A stretch of DNA of 32,835 nucleotides. Origin: a virus. Lineage: Duplodnaviria; Caudoviricetes. A model generated the notes under the pieces. The model made no database searches. It was not told the origin of the DNA and worked only from the letters and a program-made list of their open reading frames with translations. The translations under genes were made by a program, and so were the position numbers. This document shows, piece by piece, positions 18,087 through 26,778 of the stretch (its first letter is position 1; each line of letters begins with the position of its first letter). The DNA is taken from IMG/VR virus record IMGVR_UViG_3300032373_000077, positions 1 through 32,835 of that record. One strand, given 5' to 3'.

Positions 18087-19172
18087 ATGGAAAATGAAGA
18101 AAATATATCATCACACGAAGTAGTAGCTAAAGGTATAGATGCAAAACAATATTTAGAAGAGACAGACTGGTTAAATGATGGGTTAGTATCACCATTTTTC
18201 AGCTTTGAAGAGATGCTTTCTTTTTATTATGCAAATGTTTATCATAGAAGATGTCTAAGCATTAAAGCTAAGATGCTTTCACAATTTAAAGAGAGTGATT
18301 TACAAAAGCATTTACCAGCTGGCATGGGTGTTAGAAGATTTTTAAATGCCTTAAATTTAGACCTTGGCATTTATGGAAACTTCTTTATTGAAAAAGCTGG
18401 AGTACCTTCTAATTATTCACTTTTTCATCTTCCAGCTTTTCAAGCGCGACTAAATACTAAACGAGAAATTTTTCAACTTCAAGGATTTAATAAAAAACAA
18501 AAGCTTGAGGGTTATCACATGAGTACTCATTCTCCAAGAAGTAGGTTTTATGGTGAGCCTGATTATCTTGGGGCACTTAAACAGATCTCAGTAACTGCTA
18601 AAGCTGATACTTATAATGAGATGTTTTTTGATAATGGTGGACGTCCTGATTTAGCTTTGATTTTTGAAAATGCTATTCCATCAAAAACAGTTAGAGACTC
18701 TTTTGTGACATTTTTTAAAGAGAACTATGGAAATGGAGTTGAGAATGCACATAAAGCACTTATGCTCTGGACTGGTAAAGACCCTGAAAATAAATCTCAT
18801 ATTAAATTTGAAAAGCTAAGTGAAATTACAGATTTAAGTTTTAAGGATTTGAAATATATAAACCGTGATGAAATCATAACAGCTCATGGGACTCCACCAC
18901 GACTTGTAGGAATTGTAACGAGCGGACAATTAGGTTCAGGTCGTGAGCTAATAGACCAACTTCATGCATACAACGAAATGGAAATAAAACCACAACAAGA
19001 GCTTAATGATGAATTCTTTGCTTCCATTGGTATCAAGCATGTGAGTAAACCAATAGATGTGACAAATTTCAAAGATGATACTGACTTAATTCGTGGATTG
19101 GTTGATTCTAAGATTATTACAGCAGAAGAAGCACATGATGTCTTGCAATGGAAGATTAACACGGTGCAGTAA
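18087..19172 (+). CDS. Portal protein (PBSX/P2 family)
   Basis: YGNFFIE, RFYGEPDY, FFDNGGRP and DEIITAHGTPPRLVG motifs. Confidence 0.9.
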   Translation: MENEENISSHEVVAKGIDAKQYLEETDWLNDGLVSPFFSFEEMLSFYYANVYHRRCLSIKAKMLSQFKESDLQKHLPAGMGVRRFLNALNLDLGIYGNFFIEKAGVPSNYSLFHLPAFQARLNTKREIFQLQGFNKKQKLEGYHMSTHSPRSRFYGEPDYLGALKQISVTAKADTYNEMFFDNGGRPDLALIFENAIPSKTVRDSFVTFFKENYGNGVENAHKALMLWTGKDPENKSHIKFEKLSEITDLSFKDLKYINRDEIITAHGTPPRLVGIVTSGQLGSGRELIDQLHAYNEMEIKPQQELNDEFFASIGIKHVSKPIDVTNFKDDTDLIRGLVDSKIITAEEAHDVLQWKINTVQ

Positions 19173-19303
19173 ATTGTCTTGCTATTCAGCGCCTATTCAG
19201 AACCCTTCAGAAATTGAGAACTAATTTTCTGAATGGTTATCATCGAGATATTAAAAAAAGAGCTTAAAAGGGCTTATATGAATAATTTAGTTAAAGAGCA
19301 AAA

Positions 19304-20887
19304 ATGGCATATAAAAAAGAGATAATAAAACAAGCTTTACAACTTGTTCATGCTGGTATTCCTGTTGCAGAGGTTTGTGAAGAACTTGGTATCAAAAGCC
19401 ATACAACTGTTAATCGTTGGATAGCTAAGAAACCTGCTTTTAAAACAGGTGAAGCTATTGAGAATTTAAAAAAGCAGATTGACACATTGAGTAAAAGAAA
19501 ACCAACTGAAGCCGTAGCAAGAAAAATCGCTATGCTCTCTCATGCCATCGAACGCCTAAATCGCATGAAAAAGAGTGAAGAACCTAAACAGCCAAAACGA
19601 GTACCTACAATCAAACATGAAGCTTACGCGCAAGAGTTACGAGAAAAAGCACTGCATCCTGATTATGGACTTCGTGAGTATCAAAAAGAGTTCTTACAAT
19701 CAGATAATCAATTCCGTTTAGTTTTAAAAGCTCGTCAAATTGGTTTCTCGTATGTTGCTGGTCTTGAAGCTTTAATTGCAGCAGCTGGTGGACGTGACCA
19801 ACTCTTTTTATCTGCATCAGAAGAGCAAGCACTAATTTTAATGAAGTATGTACAGCTTCATGCAGATAAGTTGGGTGTTGAAGTTAGTGGAAGTGCTAAA
19901 GAGCTTAAAGTCAATGGCATGGGAACTATTAAAGCCTTAGCTCATAACTTTAGAACTGTTCAAGGTTTTACAGGTGACGTGTGGATGGATGAGTTTGCTT
20001 GGTATGCAAACCCTGAAAAGATATGGCTTGCATTTGTTCCATCAATTGGAGCGATTGAGGGTCGTTTAACAATCATGAGTACTCCGTTTGAAGAGGAGAG
20101 CCTATTTTATAACCTCGTTCATAAAACAGATAAGTACTTCATGTTTGAAAGATTTAACATTGACATCTACAGAGCTATTAAAGATGGTCTTAAATTTGAC
20201 CTTGAAGTTATGCGTGCGCTGTTTGATGAAGACACTTGGGCAACTGCGTATGAGTGTCAATTCGTGGACGATGAGAGTAGCTTCTTTCCAATTTCTCTTA
20301 TTAAGTCTTGCATTGATGTTACTCATGAGGGTTATTATATGCCTGACTTTGCATCGTTCTTGCGTTCAGGCTTTGATATTGGACGTAAGAAAGATAGAAG
20401 TGCCTTAGCTTCGCTTGAGCCTCAAAATGGAAAATATAGCCTTGCTCTTCTTGATGTCCTTACTAAAGCAACATTTGCAACGCAAAAGACCTACTTGTTT
20501 GACCATCTGAAATTATTTAAAAATTCTACAATGAAAATAGACATGACAGGTATCGGTATGAACTTAGCTGAAGATGTTGAAGCAAAGTATCCAGACCGAG
20601 TGCAAGGTGTTTATTTTACTGCAACTTCTAAAGAGCTGATGGTTCTTAACCTTAAGAAAATGTTTGAAGATGGAAAAATCACCATACCAAACGACCCAGC
20701 TTTAATTGCTGACATTCATGCAATTAAGCGTAAAGCTGGACAAAAACGAATGCTTTATGATGCAGATAGAAACGCTTATGGTCATGCCGATAGGTTTTGG
20801 GCATTAGCATTAGCAGCTAAAGAGTTGGACTTTTTTAAACCTGATGGACAGGAAGAAGATGAGGACATGGGGGCTTTAGTTGCATAA
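19304..20887 (+). CDS. Terminase large subunit with N-terminal HTH
   Basis: LREYQKE, LKARQIGFS (Walker A), VWMDEFAW (Walker B), IMSTP, GFDIGRKKD, IDMTGIG and GHADRFWALALA; N-terminal HTH (VAEVCEELGIKSHTTVNRW). Confidence 0.95.
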   Translation: MAYKKEIIKQALQLVHAGIPVAEVCEELGIKSHTTVNRWIAKKPAFKTGEAIENLKKQIDTLSKRKPTEAVARKIAMLSHAIERLNRMKKSEEPKQPKRVPTIKHEAYAQELREKALHPDYGLREYQKEFLQSDNQFRLVLKARQIGFSYVAGLEALIAAAGGRDQLFLSASEEQALILMKYVQLHADKLGVEVSGSAKELKVNGMGTIKALAHNFRTVQGFTGDVWMDEFAWYANPEKIWLAFVPSIGAIEGRLTIMSTPFEEESLFYNLVHKTDKYFMFERFNIDIYRAIKDGLKFDLEVMRALFDEDTWATAYECQFVDDESSFFPISLIKSCIDVTHEGYYMPDFASFLRSGFDIGRKKDRSALASLEPQNGKYSLALLDVLTKATFATQKTYLFDHLKLFKNSTMKIDMTGIGMNLAEDVEAKYPDRVQGVYFTATSKELMVLNLKKMFEDGKITIPNDPALIADIHAIKRKAGQKRMLYDADRNAYGHADRFWALALAAKELDFFKPDGQEEDEDMGALVA

Positions 20888-20908
20888 ATTTAATTTTAGA
20901 GGTGGAAG

Positions 20909-21127
20909 ATGAAAGTAGATGATATAAATAAGTATATTGATAAGTTCACTTTATTAAGTGATCAAGAACCGCCAGAAGATAAGAAAATAACAGTTTTTTG
21001 TGACAATGGTTGTGATGATGTTGGGTTTGCAGTAAACCAACTATGGAAAAACTTAGGGATTAATATGCTTATTGCTAAGAAGTGGATTCTACACAAAGAT
21101 TTGAAAAGTTTAATGAATGCAAAGTGA
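20909..21127 (+). CDS. Hypothetical protein
   Basis: 72 aa with a GAGG RBS, downstream of the terminase. Confidence 0.55.
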   Translation: MKVDDINKYIDKFTLLSDQEPPEDKKITVFCDNGCDDVGFAVNQLWKNLGINMLIAKKWILHKDLKSLMNAK

Positions 21128-21305
21128 GCAAACAATGTATTTAATTTTAGCGATAAGCCTCATGTGGTTTGCACATTCTGCTTTTGTTAAATACTTAGAA
21201 AAAGAGAAACGAAAGATTGAACAGGAAAAAGATATAGAGAAACGAAAGATTGAACAGGAAAAAGATATATTGTTATATAAAGTAATAATAGAAATTTTAA
21301 ACTAG
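21117..21305 (+). CDS. Small membrane protein with an internal 11-aa duplication
   Basis: N-terminal TM; EKRKIEQEKDI twice. Confidence 0.5.
   Translation: MQSEQTMYLILAISLMWFAHSAFVKYLEKEKRKIEQEKDIEKRKIEQEKDILLYKVIIEILN
21204..21269 (+). repeat. Perfect 33-bp tandem duplication
   Basis: GAGAAACGAAAGATTGAACAGGAAAAAGATATA at 21204-21236 and 21237-21269. Confidence 0.95.
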
Positions 21306-21366
21306 AACACCCAGCCATACTGCCGATACTGAATTTGTTCTTTAATGTCGGCACTCTTTATAGTCT

Positions 21367-21708
21367 TTATTCAGTATAAACTCTTATCTTTTCGCCAGCT
21401 ACTTTGTTTAAACGTTTTAAAAATCGCTCATCACTTGGACTTTCTAGTATTAAATACACCGCAGGTTTTCTATTAGTCATTTTTGCATAGTACAGAGATT
21501 GACCAATACTTTCAGCCCATTTACTTGCAAAGTCTACTTCAATTGCATATTCATCTGTTAAGCAATCTACACGAGTTTTATCAGGTAGGACATACTCTGT
21601 TACGCCTCCTACTTTGGCGCAGAATATGTTTTGATAGTAACTTTCTTTGTGTAGGTGTTTAGCTTCTAGTAGCGTTATTAGAAGTAGTATGTACTTTAAA
21701 ATAGACAT
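21367..21708 (-). CDS. Signal-peptide-bearing PD-(D/E)xK nuclease-like protein
   Basis: MSILKYILLLITLLEA signal; E...RVDCLTDEYAIEVDF...ESIGQSLYY pattern. Confidence 0.6.
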   Translation of the reverse strand: MSILKYILLLITLLEAKHLHKESYYQNIFCAKVGGVTEYVLPDKTRVDCLTDEYAIEVDFASKWAESIGQSLYYAKMTNRKPAVYLILESPSDERFLKRLNKVAGEKIRVYTE

Positions 21709-21718
21709 TGTTTAAACT

Positions 21719-22042
21719 TTATCTATACATCGGTGAACAACCTTTTTTAAGAGCTTGTCTAATTATTTTACCAAACACTAGATGATTTCCATTTGGCTTT
21801 AAAAGCATTTTTGCATCACGCCATTCAAATGCAGGTGACATTTTAGCTCTAGTTTTTGCCTTACCGTTAACATAGTAAAAGTCACCATTCACATCAAGAA
21901 CAACAAGTTTAGCCCCCATGTATGAGTAGCAAGTAATAACTCCAAAATCTGTGGTTAATTCTTTCATGTGTTCTTTTTTTAAAAATGATGAATTGCTAAA
22001 AACTAAATTTACTGTAAGCATAATGAGTATAATAAATTTCAT
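21719..22042 (-). CDS. Secreted hypothetical protein
   Basis: MKFIILIMLTVNLVFS signal peptide; AAGGA RBS; co-oriented downstream of the repressor. Confidence 0.65.
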   Translation of the reverse strand: MKFIILIMLTVNLVFSNSSFLKKEHMKELTTDFGVITCYSYMGAKLVVLDVNGDFYYVNGKAKTRAKMSPAFEWRDAKMLLKPNGNHLVFGKIIRQALKKGCSPMYR

Positions 22043-22064
22043 AATATTTTCCTTATTCTAATAA

Positions 22065-22745
22065 TTAAAAAGGTCGTATTTTTGCTTTTACAACTCCAAG
22101 TATTTCAAAGCCTTCAAAATCTCCCTCGTCAGCATTAAAATCAAGGTTTGGATATTCCTTATTATCGCTTATGAGTTTAATCCATCTCATTTTGTGGTCT
22201 TTTAAAATTCTCTTAATATATATTTCATCTCCAGCTCTAGCAATAACCACTTGATTATTGCGTGCTTCATTTGTGCGCTGAACTATTACTGTTTCACCAT
22301 TATGGATAAACGGTTCCATAGAATCACCAACAACTTGAATTACATCAAGATTGTTTAAAGAACCAAATCCAATTATGCTACGTAAAAATGTTACATCTAC
22401 ATTCATTGGATGAGCAATAACATCATCATTTATTGCACCATACCCAGCAGCTGCATACACATCCTCATAATAGTTAAGTGTTACTGTTTCAGTAGTTGCT
22501 TCTTCAGTAACTACTTCCTTCTTTTCGTTTTCTCGCAAAAACATATCGCCTTTGCCTGTTAGGAGCCACCAACCATTTATAGAGAAAATTCTCTCTATAT
22601 CTTCTGCTATCTCAGGTGAAACTTTTTGTTTTTCTGTTTCAATATCTTTTATTTTAAATTGCTTAAACCCAAGCTTTTCAGCCAGTTCATGTTGTGTCAA
22701 GCCTAGGTTTTCACGGGCTTTCTTGAATCTTTTTGATGGGTTCAT
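22065..22745 (-). CDS. CI-like repressor (XRE HTH + S24 peptidase)
   Basis: RENLGLTQHELAEKLG HTH; WLLTGKG; AAG cleavage-site region; VVGDSMEP and IYIKR catalytic motifs. Confidence 0.95.
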   Translation of the reverse strand: MNPSKRFKKARENLGLTQHELAEKLGFKQFKIKDIETEKQKVSPEIAEDIERIFSINGWWLLTGKGDMFLRENEKKEVVTEEATTETVTLNYYEDVYAAAGYGAINDDVIAHPMNVDVTFLRSIIGFGSLNNLDVIQVVGDSMEPFIHNGETVIVQRTNEARNNQVVIARAGDEIYIKRILKDHKMRWIKLISDNKEYPNLDFNADEGDFEGFEILGVVKAKIRPF

Positions 22746-22757
22746 AATGCTCCTTGA

Positions 22758-22817
22758 AGAAAAATATCTCTAAATAGAGAAAATACTCTTAACAATAGAG
22801 ATATATTTCTCTATAAT
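22758..22817. promoter_or_regulatory. Putative repressor operators and early promoter
   Basis: 14-bp pseudo-palindromes AGAAAAATATCTCT (22758), AGAGAAAATACTCT (22776) and AGAGATATATTTCT (22797), then TATAAT at 22812-22817. A fourth copy, AGAGAAAATTCTCT, lies at 22581 inside the repressor gene. Confidence 0.65.
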
Positions 22818-23085
22818 TCGATTTGTTATATGTTCATATATGGACTGATTATAAAACTAATTAGCATAAAGAAACATAAAAATAAAGTGAGTTATGAAAC
22901 TTTCCCTCTAAAAACTGTTCTCAGATTTTAGAGGGTGAGATTTGAACTACTGATTTTTTCATATGGCAGGATTTAAAGGCTACTTAAATTCTGCCTTCCT
23001 TTAGAGGTCTAACCTCATAAAGCTCATCACTTGTATTTGGTGAGTTTTGTTGAGTTTAAACTCAGTTAAATTTTAAGGAATTTAA

Positions 23086-23313
23086 ATGACAAACGAATTA
23101 ACAACTGCTCTAAGAAAAAGAGGCAAAGTACTTGCATGGTTTTTAAAAGAGTATAGCATTGGTAAAACCGTCGTATATGAAACTATGAGAGGCGATAGAC
23201 GCTTGCCTAGAGAAGATGTAATTAAAGCATTTGTATCAGAAGGTTTCGAGGATATGTTGCCTAAAAAATATAGTTTCTACGTTGAAGCTATGAAAATTAA
23301 GATGGCAGGCTAA
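23086..23313 (+). CDS. Ner/Cro-like DNA-binding regulator
   Basis: 75-aa basic HTH-like ORF divergent from the repressor and directly before the transposase. Confidence 0.7.
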   Translation: MTNELTTALRKRGKVLAWFLKEYSIGKTVVYETMRGDRRLPREDVIKAFVSEGFEDMLPKKYSFYVEAMKIKMAG

Positions 23314-25190
23314 TGAGTCATATTACAGCTAAAGAACTTTCAAATATTCTTGGGTGTTCAAGACAAGCTACACATAAGAAAATTGAACGTGAAAATATTG
23401 AAACCAAAAAAGAAGGCAACAAGCTTTTAATTTGCATAGACAGCTTAAGTCCTGAACTTCAAGCTAAAGTAAAAGAATTTAACAGTTTTACAGAGGCACC
23501 TGCACGTCCTTCTCAAATCACTACTCCCCTTAAGAGTGTTGGTGCTTCTGTAAAATTGTCTAGTACTCAAATAATGAATGAAAAGATGCAAAAGAAAGCT
23601 CAGATTGTCTCTTTAGCTTTAAATGTTCCAAGTGGCAAGAAAAAAGATGAGTGGGTTAAAGAAGTGGCTTTACAGTTTAATATTTCTGCTGCAACAATTT
23701 ACCGTTATATCAATGCCATGACAGTAGGTGAAAATTGCGAGCTGAACGAGAAATTTCTTGAGCTTGATGGTTTTAGAATTGATTGGGGAAATCCTAGAGG
23801 TTGGGATATTGAAGCTTTAGACTGGAGCGTGGGGGTAATACTAGAACAACCAACAGTTTCACGTGGTTATGTTTATGAGATGCTAATAGATGAAGCAAAA
23901 GAGAAAGAGTGGCGCATAGGAAGTGAAAAACGCTTTTACTACCACATGGCAAAAATTCCTCAAGCTCTTTTAATCCGTTCTGCTCAAGGTCAACGTGGCA
24001 TTGGTAACACAATAGCACCTGATATTAATAGAGATTTGAGCTATTACGAAGTTATGGAACTAGTTGTAGGTGATCAAAACATTTTAGACTGGTACGTTTT
24101 TGATGATGAACAGAACGTAATTACTCCAGAGCTTTACATGTGGGTAGATATGCGCTCAATGAAAATCGTTGGAATCACACCAACACTAGGTAAATACAAC
24201 AAATACTTAATCGGTAAATCTCTAAGAATGGCATGTGAATACGCAGTTCCGCAAAACATCTACACAGACAACGGTAAACCTGAGCTATCTAATTACATAA
24301 CGCAATTACGCCCACAATTAGCAGGTGCTGCATTCCATGATTTAGACGAACTACCAGAGGGACTAAAGCGTGCAATGGGTCACAAAAAAGCAAAAGTGCG
24401 AAACTCAAAAGCCAAACCAATCGAGGGAATATTTAATCACTTACAAAACCGTCTTAAAAACATAACTATGGGTGTTGGCTATAAAAAATACCTAAAAAAA
24501 GGAGAACAAGACGAACAAATCCAAAACCGTCTAAAGCAAGACATTAGAGCTGGACGCTTGTTTCATTATAAAGAGTTCTTTGACATTTTAATGCAAGCGG
24601 TAGAGTGGTGGAATACACATGAAATACGTACACGAAAGATTGTACCAGATGAAGAGTTTGCAACTCATCTTAGAGACTCTAAATCTGTACGAATAGATAA
24701 AGACACTTTAGACTTCATCTTTATGCCTGTAAAAATGCTCAAAGTTAGAAGCTCTAAGATAGAAATCAAACACAGAGATTTAGAGTTTCCAATTAAATAC
24801 TTCGCTAAAGAGCTCGGGTTTTACGTGGGCAAAAAAGTAGAGGTTCGCTACAACCCAGATGATGTAGACCACATTACAGTGGTCGACCCTGACAATAGAG
24901 AAATCATAGCAATAGCAGAGCGTTCAGATGCAATTAATCCAAAAGATATGAAGCAGTTAAAAGAGGCTATGAAATGGCAACAAAACGTAATCAAAGCATG
25001 GGAGGAAGTTTATAAAAACTACACCAAAAAATACACAAGACCATTAACTGCACAAATGGGTGCATATGACCATGCAGCTAATGAAGTAGTTAAAAAGACC
25101 AAAGCTAAAAAACGTACAAGTAAAACATTGGCTATGACTAACGACGAGTTCAATCGTGCTCTAGCTAATAGCCTAGAAAAATCATCATGA
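23313..25190 (+). CDS. MuA-like DDE transposase
   Basis: N-terminal HTH (ITAKELSNILGCSRQ); VVGDQN, IYTDNGKPE and SKAKPIEGIF catalytic motifs; C-terminal VGKKVEVRYNPDD Mu-transposase domain. Confidence 0.93.
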   Translation: MSHITAKELSNILGCSRQATHKKIERENIETKKEGNKLLICIDSLSPELQAKVKEFNSFTEAPARPSQITTPLKSVGASVKLSSTQIMNEKMQKKAQIVSLALNVPSGKKKDEWVKEVALQFNISAATIYRYINAMTVGENCELNEKFLELDGFRIDWGNPRGWDIEALDWSVGVILEQPTVSRGYVYEMLIDEAKEKEWRIGSEKRFYYHMAKIPQALLIRSAQGQRGIGNTIAPDINRDLSYYEVMELVVGDQNILDWYVFDDEQNVITPELYMWVDMRSMKIVGITPTLGKYNKYLIGKSLRMACEYAVPQNIYTDNGKPELSNYITQLRPQLAGAAFHDLDELPEGLKRAMGHKKAKVRNSKAKPIEGIFNHLQNRLKNITMGVGYKKYLKKGEQDEQIQNRLKQDIRAGRLFHYKEFFDILMQAVEWWNTHEIRTRKIVPDEEFATHLRDSKSVRIDKDTLDFIFMPVKMLKVRSSKIEIKHRDLEFPIKYFAKELGFYVGKKVEVRYNPDDVDHITVVDPDNREIIAIAERSDAINPKDMKQLKEAMKWQQNVIKAWEEVYKNYTKKYTRPLTAQMGAYDHAANEVVKKTKAKKRTSKTLAMTNDEFNRALANSLEKSS

Positions 25191-25200
25191 AGGAAACATT

Positions 25201-26073
25201 GTGACACTACAAGAATTAAGAGAAAAATCAGGTGCAAGTAACGCAGAGATTGCTAAAGAGTTGGATACTTCAATAGCAACTGTAAGTGGAGCTATTAATG
25301 ATACATTATCTAGTAATAAAAAAGCTCTTTATCAAGCAGAAATCAGAACTTACCTAGAAGCAATTATTTCTGAACGCAGAGGCTTTATAACAGCAGACCA
25401 GCAAATGGCACTTAACTTTTTAGAGGCTTTTCATAAAAAAGATAAAGCGACTTCACTCATGATAGTTGGAGATAGTGGCATCGGTAAAAGTACAGTAGTT
25501 AAAAATATGTTTAGTGAGAAACATGATGATGTGCTTTACTTCAAGATGCGTCGTAATTTAACGGTTTCAAGAATGATGTCTAAATTGTTAGGAACTGTAA
25601 GTAGTTCAGATTATGGAACAACAGACCAAAAGTTTGACCGCTTTGTAAAAGGTCTGCGAACCAAAAATATTAAGACCATAATTATAGATGAAGCAGATTT
25701 AATTGTCAAAGATAGCCATGAAACATTTAACCGTAAATTTGAGATATTTCGTGAGCTTTATGAAAACGGTTTTCACGTCATCATCGTAGGACTTCAAGTT
25801 TTAGAAGAGGCTTTTCGTGAGCTTACAGAAGATTACGTGCAACGTCGTATGGGTAAGTTTTTACGTCTTGGAATCACAATTGAAGAGATGAAGATTTTCT
25901 GGGAGAAAGAGTTAGGCTTTGCCCTAAACGATGAAGCTAATGACATCATTAACGGTTGTATTGATGCTGGATACTTAGGAACTCTAAAAGAGCTACATGA
26001 GAACTATCAGATTACAAATGATTTCAAAATAGCAAATAACCTTGTTTTTAATCTTAGAAGGGAGAAGTCATGA
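25201..26073 (+). CDS. MuB-like AAA+ transposition ATPase
   Basis: N-terminal HTH; GDSGIGKS Walker A; IIIDEAD Walker B; follows the transposase. Confidence 0.92.
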   Translation: MTLQELREKSGASNAEIAKELDTSIATVSGAINDTLSSNKKALYQAEIRTYLEAIISERRGFITADQQMALNFLEAFHKKDKATSLMIVGDSGIGKSTVVKNMFSEKHDDVLYFKMRRNLTVSRMMSKLLGTVSSSDYGTTDQKFDRFVKGLRTKNIKTIIIDEADLIVKDSHETFNRKFEIFRELYENGFHVIIVGLQVLEEAFRELTEDYVQRRMGKFLRLGITIEEMKIFWEKELGFALNDEANDIINGCIDAGYLGTLKELHENYQITNDFKIANNLVFNLRREKS

Positions 26074-26249
26074 TAGTTCAAAAATTGAGCGAACACACAA
26101 TATTAATTAAAGATGGAAAAATGATTTTAAATCTTGATGTTGCAACAGCAAATGATTTAGCTTACCAGCTACTTAGAGCAATAGATAAAAAAATACCACA
26201 TCCATTAGATGAACAACATCCAAGCCTTCCATCAACCTCACAAGAATAG
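26070..26249 (+). CDS. Hypothetical protein, 59 aa (not in the ORF track)
   Basis: ATGA overlap with the MuB-like stop; GGGAG RBS; MIVQKLSEHTILIKDGK...SQE*. Confidence 0.6.
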   Translation: MIVQKLSEHTILIKDGKMILNLDVATANDLAYQLLRAIDKKIPHPLDEQHPSLPSTSQE

Positions 26250-26297
26250 TGAGGTTGATGGAGTGCTGCAGCCTCACAAAACGTTAGGAGTTACAAA

Positions 26298-26387
26298 ATG
26301 GGAAAAGGCAAAAAATTAGCGATTGAAATCGCCAAACAAATAATAAAAAGGAGAAAACGTGTTAAAAATAAAAAAAGCAAAAACTGA
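26298..26387 (+). CDS. 29-aa highly basic peptide (not in the ORF track)
   Basis: AGGAG RBS; MGKGKKLAIEIAKQIIKRRKRVKNKKSKN*. Confidence 0.45.
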   Translation: MGKGKKLAIEIAKQIIKRRKRVKNKKSKN

Positions 26388-26778
26388 AACGGAAGCTAGG
26401 AATGCAAAAGTTGAAAAAGCTATTGAAGAATTAGCAAAGCAAAAGAAAATTGCAGATGATGCAAATGAAATAGTTAAAACTCAAAAAGAGATAATTAATG
26501 AATTTGCACGTAAAGAGCTAAAAGGTTCAGATGCTCAAACCATTACGTTTATTGCTAAAGCAAATAGCGTAAAAGTCTCTTTTTCTTATGATTTTAAAAT
26601 TCAAGATAAAGATAAGTTACATGCCTTCTTAGGTGACCGTTTTAATGATTTAACGTCTGAACAAACAGAATTTAAGCCTACTACTAAACTTAAAGAGATG
26701 GCTCTTAAAGATAAATCTCTACTTAAATTCATCAATGTTAAAGATAAGTCTCCTGCGTATGAGGTTAAAACACTATGA
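26359..26778 (+). CDS. Early protein, possibly Gam-like
   Basis: 139 aa with an N-terminal coiled coil then a beta/alpha domain, in the Mu gam position; AGGAG RBS and GTG start. The family is not certain. Confidence 0.5.
   Translation: MLKIKKAKTETEARNAKVEKAIEELAKQKKIADDANEIVKTQKEIINEFARKELKGSDAQTITFIAKANSVKVSFSYDFKIQDKDKLHAFLGDRFNDLTSEQTEFKPTTKLKEMALKDKSLLKFINVKDKSPAYEVKTL

Noticed and set aside
19611-20408. ORFs overlapping the terminase (19611..19832, 20088..20408, 20102..20326)
   Set aside because: Alternative-frame artefacts inside a conserved gene.
21321-21353. TGCCGATA...TGTCGGCA stem as a bidirectional terminator
   Set aside because: The position between convergent genes is plausible, but the loop is long and the U-tract weak, so it is not called.
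23313-26073. Tn7-like / CRISPR-associated transposon (TnsB/TnsC)
   Set aside because: No TniQ/TnsD or Cas genes; the context is a full phage gene set.
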